DNA of 64,000 nucleotides from positions 106,952,001-107,016,000 of the forward strand of contig NC_058373.1 in NCBI RefSeq assembly GCF_018350175.1. The letters are read 5' to 3'. Below are positions 40,103 through 51,204 of the stretch, piece after piece (position 1 is the first letter of the stretch; each line of letters opens with the position of its first letter). The translations under genes were made by a program, and so were the position numbers. The DNA comes from Felis catus (taxonomy: Eukaryota). The notes beneath the pieces were generated by a model. It had not been told where the DNA came from. It saw only the letters and a list, made by a program, of their open reading frames with translations, and did not search any database.

Positions 40103-40304
40103 TTTTTTTAATGTTTATTTTTTTTTGAGAGAGAGAGTGTGAGTGGGGGAGGGACAGAGAGAGGGAGACACAGAATCTGAAGCAGGCTCCAGGCTCTGAG
40201 CTGTCAGCACAGAGCCCAATGTGGGGGGGGTCAAACCCACGAACTGTGAGATCATGACCTCAGCTGAAGTCAGATGTTTAACCAACTGAGCCACCCAGGC
40301 GCCC
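40103..40304 (-). mobile_element. SINEC
   Basis: TSD atataacctaaaatt. Confidence 0.92.
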
Positions 40305-40483
40305 TTATATAACCTAAAATTCTAATTAATTTTTGCTTTACTCTGAAGGCCTTTTACAAATCAGGTTCTTGGTATTGTTTTCTTGCCTATAAAAGTAATA
40401 GGAAATATGAGGAAATAGGAAATATGAGGATAATAGGAAATATCAAGTTTTGCTGCCAAAAGAGTCTGTTTTCTCTGTAAAAG

Positions 40484-40713
40484 TTTTTTTTTTTTTAATT
40501 TTTTTTTCAACGTTTTTTATTTATTTTTGGGACAGAGAGAGACAGAGCATGAATGGGGGAGGGGCAGAGAGAGAGGGAGACACAGAATCAGAAACAGGCT
40601 CCAGGCTCTGAGCCATCAGCCCAGAGCCCGACGCGGGGCTCGAACTCACAGACTGCGAGATCGTGACCTGGCTGAAGTCAGATGCTTAACCGACTGCGCC
40701 ACCCAGGCGCCCC
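40484..40713 (-). mobile_element. Young SINEC_Fc
   Basis: ccacccaggcgcccc end; aaagttttt flanks. Confidence 0.95.
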
Positions 40714-40884
40714 AAAGTTTTTTTTTTTTTAAATGGGATCATGACATAGATATGACAACATAGTTTTCTGGCCCATTTTTTTCTCTTAATGTTGCATTAT
40801 GAGCATTTTCCCATGTCATTCTTCTTCCAAAACCAGATTCTTTTCATGGCATTTTAATATTCTTCTATATGGACATACCATACA

Positions 40885-41100
40885 GTTTTTTTTTAAGTTT
40901 TTACTTAAATTCTCGTTAGTTAACATACAGTATAATATAAATTTCAGGTGTACAATTTAGTGATTCAACACTTACATACAACACCTGGTGCTCATCACCC
41001 TGCATAATCCCCATCACCTATTTGACTCATCCCCCCATCCATCTCTCCTGTGGTAACTAACAGTTTGTTCTCTATAGTTAAGCGTCTGTTTCTTGGTTTG
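40885..41100 (-). mobile_element. Carnivore L1 3' tip
   Basis: ttagttaacatacagtataat...tttcaggtgtacaa...ggtgctcatcac. Confidence 0.8.
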
Positions 41101-41402
41101 CAATCATTCTTTCAATTTAGACATTTAGGTTACCTCTGTTTTTTTTTTCTAATACAAATTACACTTGAATAAATACTGTTATGCACAGATTTATATTTTT
41201 TGACAATAAGGAAAACTGTTTTTCCTGGAGATTTTATAAGTCACTTGAATTATTTTTCCGTGATTTATTCACCTAAAGAACTTGTATATATCTTATTAAT
41301 CTCTATAAGCTCTTCATATATTAAAGATATTAATCTCTTCTACTATTATTGCAAATATTGCATATCACATTATCATTTTGCCTTAAAAATTTTTTTTTAA
41401 CA

Positions 41403-41525
41403 GGGGCACATGGGTGGCTCAGTTGGTTGAGTGTCCGACTCCTGATTTCAACTCAGCTCATGATCCCAGGATTGGGGGATCAAGCCCCACATTGGGCTCA
41501 GCACTGAGTGTGGAGCCTCCTTAAG

Positions 41526-41574
<49 letters not shown>

Positions 41575-41615
41575 CCCTCTCCCCCATGCTTCCTCTCTCT
41601 TAAAAATAAAAAGAA
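41403..41615 (+). mobile_element. SINEC with long (CT)n
   Basis: Head plus about 20 CT units. Confidence 0.9.
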
Positions 41616-42448
41616 AATATAACAATTTTATATGGAACCAAACCCTTCTATTTTCTTTTGGCTCATCTTCCACTGTTTTAATGCTCAGAGAATCCTTCCT
41701 CTTCTTAAGATCTGATGAATATTTAAAGTTCCAAGACTTTTAGCCCATACCACTGATCAATTTATCAATCCTTGTACCATTACCACACTTTGCTTGCTCT
41801 AGGTTTCCCTTCACCAGTCTTATTTTCCACAATATTATCTTATTATTAATGTCTGTAAATCTATAATACTATTTCATTCATAAAATGTATAAATTGTCTT
41901 ATCTTTTTATCAGTCTAATGATGACTTTATAAACTCTCAACTTTTTTTCAAGGAACCAACCAATTGGCTTTGTCAATTTTCTCTATTGCTTGTTTTCTAT
42001 TTCATTAATGTCTCTTATCCCCCTTATTTTGCCATTCTATTTACTTTGGGCTTATTTTGTTCTTCCTTTTCTAGATTTTCAAGGTGAAAACTTACATCAC
42101 TGATTTTAGACCTTTCTTCTTTTCCATTAATTGAATTATTTAAATATAAACTAAATTATTTAAAGCTATGGTTTTGTTCTGGTTTGGGCAACATCCTACA
42201 ATTTTGATACACTGAATTTTTCGTAATCATTTCAAAATCTTTTCTAATTTCTCTCATGATTTCTTCTTTGGCCTACGACCTAATTATTCAGGTTTTTCCT
42301 TCTACCTTATTATTGATTTCTAATTTAATTATATTGTGAGCAGACAATGTACTCTGTATGATTTCAATCCTTTTAAATTATTAAGACTCATTTTATGGTT
42401 CAGAACATGGTCTTGGTGAATGTACCATTAGCACTTGAAAAGAATATA

Positions 42449-42887
42449 GAGGCACACCTCAGAAATATTATGAGTTTAGTTCCAGACCATCACAAAAATG
42501 TATCAAAATAAAGCGAGCCGAAAGAATTTTTTGGTTTCCCAATGCATATAAAAGTTGCGTTTACACTATACTGTAATCTAGTAAGTGTGCAATAACATTA
42601 TGTCTAAAAAATGCACATAAATTTTAAAATACCATACTTTATTGCTAAAAAAATGCTAACCTTCATCTGAGCTTTCAGTGAGTTGTAATTACTGATCATA
42701 GACCACCATAACAAATAGTAATGAAAAAGTTTGAAATATTGTCAGAATTACCAAAATGTGACACAGAGAAAAAAGTGAGCAAATGCTGTTGGAAAAATGA
42801 TGCTAGCAGACTTGCCTGACACAGGGTTACCACAAACCTTTACAAGAAAGCAGTATCTGCAAAGTACAATAAAACAAGGTATGCCTG
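42449..42887. mobile_element. Tigger1-derived MITE (Tigger1a-like) within an old minus-strand L1
   Basis: Decayed TIRs ta|gaggcacacctc ... aaggtatgcctg; internal ttttttggtttcccaatgcatataaaagtt typical of Tigger1. Confidence 0.8.
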
Positions 42888-43346
42888 CATAAGCTGCAGT
42901 TGCTGGATGTGTTGTTCTATAAATGTCAGGTCAAGAGGGTTGATGGTGTTGTTCAGATTTTATAGATCTTTATTGATTATGTTGTCTAATTCAATCAATT
43001 GCTTAGAGGGGGTTTTTTATTAAAAATCTCCAACTAAGTTTGTGTTTTTTTCTATTTCTCCATTTAATTAAGTCAATTTTGTTTCTTAATATTTTTTATA
43101 GTTAATATACAATGTTATATTAGTTTTGGGTGTACAACTTAGCGAATTGACAAGTTTATACATTATGCTATGTTCATCACATGTACAGCTATCATCTGTC
43201 CCATTACATTGCTATTACAGTAACATTGACTTCCTTATGCTCTGCTTTTGTTTCTGTATTTTGAAGTTATCATTAGGCACATACACATTTGTCATTGTTG
43301 TATCTTCCTAGAGAACTGGCCCTTTTGTCCTTAAGAAATGCCCTTC

Positions 43347-43560
43347 GGGGCGCCTGGGTGGCGCAATCGGTTAAGCGTCCGACTTCAGCCAGGTCATGGT
43401 CTCGCGGTCCGTGAGTTCGAGCCCCGCGTCAGGCTCTGGGCTGATGGCTCAGAGCCTGGAGCCTGTTTTCGATTCTGTGTCTCCCTCTCTCTCTGCCCCT
43501 CCCCCGTTCATGCTCTGTCTCTTTCTGTCCCAAAAATAAAAAAAAGAAATGTTGAAAAAA
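43347..43560 (+). mobile_element. Young SINEC_Fc
   Basis: TSD aagaaatgcccttc at 43333-43346 and 43560-43573. Confidence 0.95.
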
Positions 43561-43749
43561 AGAAATGCCCTTCATGATCTCTAGCAATATTCTCTGTCTT
43601 GAAGATTATCTAAAATGATGTAAGTATAGCCGTTGTGACCTTCTCTCACTTAGTTTTTATGATATATCTTTTTCCATTCATTTACTTTCAACCAGTTTTT
43701 ATCTTTATATTTAAAGTATATTTCCATTACCCATTTATCTCTAATTAAG

Positions 43750-44165
43750 AGTCTATTTTCTGGTTTCCCTCTCTTTTTTTCCTCTATGTTCATCTGTGGT
43801 TTTTTTTTTTTAACGTTTATTCGTTTTTGAGAGAGCGTGAGAATGGGAGGACCAGAGAGAGAGAGGAAGACAGAATCCGAAGCAGCCTCCAGGCTCTGAG
43901 CTGTCAGCATAGAGCCCGACGCAGGGCTCGAACCCACGGACCAGACTGCGAGATCATGACCTGAGCCGAAGTTGGACACCCAACAGACTAAGCCACCCAG
44001 GCTCCTCTGTTCATTTGTTTTGTTTCTTAAATTCCACATATGAGTGAAATCATATGGTATTTGTGTTTCTCTGACTGACTTATTTCACTTAGTATGATAT
44101 GCTCTAGCTCCATTCAGTCATTACAAATGGCAAGATTTTATTCTTTCTGATGACTGAGTAATACT

Positions 44166-44210
<45 letters not shown>

Positions 44211-44935
44211 ACACACCACATCCTCTTTACCCATTCATCAATCGATGGACATTTGGGGTTCCTTCCATAATTTGGCTATTTTGTTTTATTTTTTTAGTTT
44301 TCAAAAAATGTTTATTTATTTTAAGAGAGAGAGAGAGGGAGCACACTCACACACAAGCAAGGGAGGTGCACAGAAAGAGGGAGAAAGAATCCCAAGCAGG
44401 TTCTACACTGCCAACGCAGAGCCCATTGTGGGGCTTTGTCCCACAAACCGATAGATCATAACCTAAGCTGAAATCAAGAGTCAGATGCTTAACCAACTGA
44501 GCCACCCAGGCACCCCAATTTGGCTATTGTTGATAATGCTGCTATAACATCAGGGTGCATGTATCCCTTCAAATCAGAATTAAAAGTCATGGAATTTTAA
44601 ATATTCATTAGATCTTAACAAGAGGAAGGATTCTCTGAGCATTAAAACAGTAGAAGATGAGACAAAATAAAATAGGAAAATTCCTGGATGTAGGGCAGTT
44701 CTATTTTTTAAAAAAGAGAGAGCAAGCAGGGGAGGGAAAGACAGAGGGAGACAGAGGATCCAAAGCAAGCTCCATGCTGACAGCAGAGAGCCTGATGCGG
44801 GGCTCGAACTCACGAACCGTGAGATCATGACCTAAGCCGAAGTCAGACACTTAACTGACTTAACTACTCAGGCACCCCAGGGCAGTTCTACTTTTAACTT
44901 TCTGAGGAAACTTCATACAGTTTTCCACAGTGGAA
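43750..44935 (-). mobile_element. L1 3' fragment carrying three nested minus-strand SINECs (about 43800-44005, 44285-44516, 44704-44878) and a (GT)n
   Basis: ttcttaaattccacatatgagtgaaatcatatgg; SINE TSDs aatttggctatt and agggcagttcta. Confidence 0.88.
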
Positions 44936-45499
44936 AATAGTCAACTAGTGTCGCATCAGAGTGTAGTCTTAACCACTACACTGTGCTGTCTCTACTGATC
45001 AAATAAAGTACATCTTAATTTTCAGTTTCAATTGCCAAATACAGAAATAAGCACTTTACTATCCTATCACTGAATAGTAGAATCACTATCACTATTAGAA
45101 GAAAATTACGTCTTCTAAAAAATTAACTGATGATGTTACTATGTACACATATGTAGATAAAAATACCAACTAATAATCTGGAGAATTTTTCACACTGAGA
45201 ATATGTGAAGTTTGGTTAGTAGACACATGAACTATAAAGCCAAATTTATTTTAAAGTGCCTTTAACTGCAATGTAAATCAACCCTATACTGAGATTCTTT
45301 TTTTTATAAATAGATATCAACTGAAGGTACCTGAAATTGAAAACAAAAACATAATGGGAAAACTGTGCTATTCTATCAATACTCAGAATCTTCTAAAAAA
45401 TTGCCTGTGCTTCGTATTCTGCCCCAAGACAGTTTGACAGTAAAGAATTAAAATTACTTGAGGTTATAGTGTACAGTTTTTTATTTTTCTTATTTTCAT

Positions 45500-45683
45500 C
45501 TTTTAATGTTTTACTTATTTTTATGAGAGAGAGTGCAAGCAGGGAAGGGCAGAGAGAGAGGGGGACAGAGGATCCGAAGTGGGATCTGTGCTGACAGCAG
45601 AGCCTGATGCAGAGCTTAAACTGATGAGCCATGAGATCATAACCTGAGCAAAAGTTGGATGCTTAACCGACTGAGCCACCTCC
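45500..45683 (-). mobile_element. SINEC about 45 bp from the 45727 exon donor
   Basis: Reverse SINE body and head. Confidence 0.85.
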
Positions 45684-45726
45684 AGTGCAATTTTTTAGAA
45701 ATAAAACTTTAGCTTCCACCTATTAC

Positions 45727-45862
45727 CTGATCTGATGAGATTTCTGAATCAAATGTAGAATCAAATAGATTCAATCCAGGAGATCTAGAAGTATAATTCA
45801 TAAGAAAAGAAAATCCAGGGGATTCCTTTTGTGTTTGACCTTCAGGCATTATATTTCTATTT
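45727..45862 (-). CDS. C14orf39: SIX6OS1 coding exon
   Basis: tctctgtaacag|A AAT AGA AAT...GAT CAG|gtaata. (I)NRNIMPEGQTQKESPGFSFLMNYTSRSPGLNLFDSTFDSEISSDQ. 136 nt; the acceptor could shift 6 nt in frame. Confidence 0.9.
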
Positions 45863-47540
45863 CTGTTACAGAGAAATAAGAAATAATAAAAATGTTAAAA
45901 AATATATTACTAAGTATGCAGACTGGTAAACACCATAAGAAATACCACAGAAGTAAGAATTAGCACAGTAGGGAAAGGGAAGGAATAGTTATTGAGATGA
46001 CAAACCTCTTGAGAAAAAGATAGTTTGAAGTGAAAAATGTTAAATAAAGTAGAACAATCAAGTATGGGATGATGATAACAATGAAGGTCAACTGAGAATA
46101 AACCCTAAACTGCGTTCAGGGTCTATTCTAGGTATTTCCATTGGCATTAACTTACGTATTCCTCACAGTATCTCTATGAAATAGATATTACCACCTCCAT
46201 TTTACAGAAGAAAATTTTGAAGCATAGAAAGGTTAAATGACTTTCTCCAAGAAATGTAAATGCCAACTTAAATTCAGCAATCCAGATTCAAAGTCCAAGC
46301 TTTTAACTTTGAGGCTATACTGTCCCCAACACATTGAAAGCCAATTACAAGATTTTAGTCTTAATGAGAAGTCAGTCATTACATACTGTTGCATAAGGAA
46401 GTTAAACTAGAAAATGATTTGGGAAAAATAATTAGAGAAGACAGTATACAACACAGTGGTCAAATGCATGAATTCTGGAGGCAGAAATGCCTGGGTTTGA
46501 ATCACAACTCTATCACTAATGAGTTGTATCACCTGTGATTCTGTAAGTATATCACCTCTGATTCCTCTAATAGTGTATTTACATCTCATAAAGTTTATAA
46601 AATGTTTAGACACAGTTAATGCTATTGTTAAATATAATAGATATCTGAAGATACTTCCATAACTGTCTCCATGACCATCAATGAATCACTTAACTTTACA
46701 GATTAGTTTTCTCATCCATAAACAGAGGTTTTAGTATATGGCTGCCATTCTTTTTACAGTTCTCAGATTTGATGATGAGTTCTAGTTTGAACATACTGTG
46801 AGTCAACAGCATGACTTTCACATATAAAACGTTTATTAACAATTCAAACTACAGAAGTAGAAAATGGGTGAGAGATTCCTGAAGTGAAATTTGTTTGACA
46901 TATGTTTTTAAAAAATCTTAAGGTAAAAAAAAAAGAATCTTAAGGTTTGTAGTTTTAAAAGGGATTAAACTACACAAAAAGGTTAAATGCAGCACTATTC
47001 TCTTGGCTGCAAGCTACAAATCTGTGGTTTCCAAAGTTAAATAATCATGTTAGAGATATTTCTGCCTACCTAGGTTACTTGACAGATGGCAATTCTTGCT
47101 TTAGACAACATAAAGGAAAATTACAGCTGGAACATTATTCAGTGATGTCCACAAGCTATACCGTACGTGACAGTTGCTTTTTAGCTTGACATTTAACATT
47201 TTTCCATACAGTTTTTATCCTTTGGAAAAATCTAAAATCTATATACTATTGCACTGGGTAAGTACTCAGAATCTATGCCATCTTCATCTAAGTGTTGTAG
47301 GAAAAATGGGGAAGAGGTTCTATGGAACAAGAATGGCAGAATGCTAATAATTATTTGAACAGGATAATAGGTACATGGAGGTTCGTTATGCTAGTCTCTC
47401 CTTTATGTATTTGAAATATTCCATATAAAAACCTTTTTAAAGTTATAGGTACTAGACATTTTACTATTCCCATCAATTATTTACATAATATTGGCCCAGT
47501 ATATAAATTCTTTAATTATAATTATTGATTAAAATCCTAC

Positions 47541-47719
47541 ATTTCAAAAGAGGGGGTTTTAGGAAACAATGATTTCTCCAAAGGTTCAGGTGTTTTCACA
47601 GCTTCAGGAGTTCTTAAAAATAAAGGAATTTCAGGAGTTCGTGGAAAATTCTCAGTCCTTTCTTCTACTTCATCACTATTATCTTCTATTGGCTTCCCAA
47701 AACATTCTGCGCATATAAC
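47541..47719 (-). CDS. C14orf39: SIX6OS1 coding exon
   Basis: ttgtag|GTT ATA...GAA AT|gtagga. VICAECFGKPIEDNSDEVEERTENFPRTPEIPLFLRTPEAVKTPEPLEKSLFPKTPSFE. 179 nt. Confidence 0.93.
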
Positions 47720-47929
47720 CTACAAATTCAAAATAACAGAAAACTATAAAAATTAATGCTATTACATTAACAAACTCACATATATATAAAAGTGTATGAG
47801 GTAGAAAACACCATATTAATCTATTATGTTATCATTTCATAGACAAAAGAACTAAAATATTAATTGATGAAAGTGGTATCAAAATACAACTGCAAAATAC
47901 GGAAAAATAACTATTTTTAATTTTCTTTT

Positions 47930-48158
47930 TTTTTTATTTTTTTAATTTTTTTTTTTCAACGTTTATTTATTTTTGGGACGGAGAGAGACAGAGCATGAAC
48001 GGGGGAGGGGCAGAGAGAGAGGGAGACACAGAATCGGAAACAGGCTCCAGGCTCTGAGCCATCAGCCCAGAGCCCGACGCGGGGCTCGAACTCACGGACC
48101 GCGAGATCGTGACCTGGCTGAAGTCGGACGCTTAACCGACTGCACCACCCAGGCGCCC
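47930..48158 (-). mobile_element. Young SINEC_Fc
   Basis: TSD ctatttttaattttct; CpGs retained. Confidence 0.95.
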
Positions 48159-48576
48159 CTATTTTTAATTTTCTAATTTTTCTTTTCTTCCCTGATCCAC
48201 CTCCCCTAACTCTACCTGAAAAAGGAAAAGATAACCAGAACATACTGAAACTGATGAAGAAAAATGGTTAGGAATGACTTTTTTAAATTTCCACATCATG
48301 CTCTGACTCAAGAATTGTCTATGATAGCTCTTTAAAAGGAAAAAATAATTTAATTCTAAGCAATCTTACTCTCATCAGTTATGTTCTTTATACTTTTTTG
48401 CCCTTATAAATTCATTATACTATTTTCTCTGCAAAGGTTGAGAAATTCAACAGAAATTGACTTTTGTAAGGTAGGAATATGATTTCTCAAATATGTTTGC
48501 TATACCAAATATCATTTCAGAAACAATTCGGGTCCCTCTACCAAAAAAATTAAAATGTGCTTTTTATCTGTGTTTC

Positions 48577-48831
48577 TTTTTTTTTTTCTTTTTTTTTTTA
48601 TTTTTTTATTTTTTTAATTTTTTTTCAACGTTTATTCATTTTTTGGGGGACAGAGAGAGACAGAGCATGAACGGGGGAGGGGCAGAGAGAGAGGGAGACA
48701 CAGAATCGGAAACAGGCTCCAGGCTCTGAGCCATCAGCCCAGAGCCTGACGCGGGGCTCGAACTCACGGACCGCGAGACCGTGACCTGGCTGAAGTCGGA
48801 CGCTTAACCGACTGCGCCACCCAGGTGCCCC
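48577..48831 (-). mobile_element. Young SINEC_Fc
   Basis: TSD tttat(c/t)tgtgtttctt; long T tract. Confidence 0.95.
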
Positions 48832-49056
48832 TTTATTTGTGTTTCTTGAGCAGTACTCTACTATGTCATTTGCCTTGTTTTAACCCTTAGTACTTAGTAA
48901 AGTCAATATACATTGCCTACATCTATCATTAAAGTTGTCCACTATTAAAATATATTTTGAAGAGATTTGTGTGATAACCACTGGTTTTGATTAGCAAATC
49001 ATTCAATTCTACCAAACAAAATTGTCTTCCTCAGTTGTAATTTAGTTGCAGTGTCA

Positions 49057-49057
<1 letters not shown>

Positions 49058-49101
<44 letters not shown>
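49058..49101. repeat. (TA)n microsatellite
   Basis: About 22 uninterrupted TA units. Confidence 0.95.
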
Positions 49102-49104
<3 letters not shown>

Positions 49105-49351
49105 ATGTATTAATGACAATTCTTTTTTGTATATTTTCATGTCATGTAAACTTTTTGTGGCTTCATTTTTTTAATCTAAAGCTCTTCTAAGGGATAGAAG
49201 CTTTAACACCACAGCAACTCAATTACTAACCAAATAACATCTAGACCTCACATAAATAATCTTCATTAAACATAATCAGAAATTAAAGTGGAAACAATAC
49301 TTTAAATTGGAATATTTTGCTTAGAAATTAGAAACCAAACATTAGACTTAC

Positions 49352-49413
49352 TTGTGAAGTACATTTTAATTCTCTCAATGGTCTTACTGTCCCTTTATCT
49401 TCACACTCAGCAT
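49352..49413 (-). CDS. C14orf39: SIX6OS1 coding exon
   Basis: aaatag|AT GCT GAG...TCA CAA|gtaagt. (D)AECEDKGTVRPLRELKCTSQ. 62 nt. Confidence 0.92.
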
Positions 49414-49559
49414 CTATTTGTTATGGGAGAAAAAACTGGGTTTTTTTACAATTGCAAATAAAACATACAAACAATAAGAAATTTAACTGTTTTTGACCCA
49501 CAAAAATAGCAATTTCATATAGTTCTACCTAACACATAGAAATAAGAGAATAAAACCCA

Positions 49560-50745
49560 CATGAACAGTTTAACAGAGAAAATTATAGAGAATACTCATG
49601 TCACCACCACCCAGGTAAAGAAATAGATCATGCATACTCCATAAGGCCCCATAGTCCTCATATCCTCCTCCTCACACATAATCATTCTCCTGCCTTGTGT
49701 GATAATTATTTCCTGGATTTGTTTTATATAGTTTTATCACCTGAGTAATATAGTCTATTTTTCCTGTTTTAAAAAGTTATATGATGAAATGGTAATGTAT
49801 GTGTTGTCTTGCGTTTTTTGTTCCAGCATATGCTTGTGAAATTCATCTGTATTGCTTCTTATAGACATAACTTGCTGACTTGTATTGATGTAAAGGATTT
49901 CATTGTATAAGCACAACACAATATATCTACCTATTCTACTAACAAATGGGCATTCAGGGTGTTTCTACTTCAAGACTATTACAAACACCGATGACACATA
50001 CATTCTTTTGTATATATATACTTGTATGTATGTACTTGTATTTCTCTAAGTATATATGTAGGAGTGGAATTACAAGGTATAGGGTATTTATATCTTCCAT
50101 TTTACCAAATTTTAAATTTTTCCAAAGTTTAGTTTCCAAACTATTTATCAATATTTTTGTGGCACCTAGCCATCCCAAGTTACCTTAGGAGCCCTTTCAG
50201 TTTCTAGTTATAATTTAGATATGGTCTCAATACTCATTTATAAATGAGTTTCTCCCAAATAGTTATGAGTTCTTATCGTCCTATATTCTCATCAACACTT
50301 AGTATTACCAGACTTTCTGAATGTGCTAATCTGTCGGATGTGTAGTATCTCACTGTGGTTTTATTTTTCAGTTTCCTAATTTGCTAAGCATCTTTTCACA
50401 TGTTTATTTGAGACAAAAGTTTCTCTATTTGAAGTGCCTATTTGCGTATTTCGCACGTATTTCTAATTGGGTTGTCTGTCTTTTTCTTCTTGGTTTGTAG
50501 AACTTCTTTACACATTTTTGGAAACCAGTCCTTTGACAGTTTTATGTATTGCAAATATATTCTCTTGTCTTCTTTTTATAACATCTTTTGATGAATGGAA
50601 ACTCTTAAGTTTAATATAGCCAAATTTATCAGTCTTTGTTTTATTATTGGGCTTTTTAATTATTTAAGAAATTCTTTCCTACCTCTAATATGTTTTTCTA
50701 TTTGACCAACTGAAAGCTGTATAGTTTTGCCTTTTGCATTTAACA
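49560..50745 (-). mobile_element. Ancient L1ME-like 3' region
   Basis: atgtcaccaccacccaggtaaagaaatag..., ggagtggaattaca, ctcatcaacacttagtatt motifs. Confidence 0.65.
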
Positions 50746-51204
50746 GTCACAACCATGATTTTCACCACAGATTAATTTCCTCAAAAGACAGGCTGGGAGA
50801 CTGCTGAAAAGAATCTTTTTTTCCCCTAAGATAACTACGTGCCTTTTCGGGTATGAAGCCTTACCATATACGCTCAGTGGTAGCTAGGAATATGACAGAT
50901 ATGTGCATTTCCCCACATATCTGTATTAGGGGTGCATTGTTCCTAGAGATCAACTATTCCTCCCTGTCTAATGCTCTGTCAGCTTGGTATATATACAGGA
51001 TTATAAACAGGTGGAACAAATCATATGTGAAGATAGGATTCTTTCTTCCAGAAGAAAGCAGGAAGAAAATCCATCTGCATGGAATCAGCATATTACGTTG
51101 GCTGAACCCTATTTTGAGAGTGGGAGAAACAGATTCACATTATGAGACCATTGTGAATGTGCATATATTTACAGAATTTTCCTACTGCAAAAACGAGCAA
51201 GTAT

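Noticed and set aside
40397..40443. aataggaaatat repeated three times
   Set aside because: Short degenerate minisatellite with no unique spacers; not CRISPR-like, and the context is mammalian.
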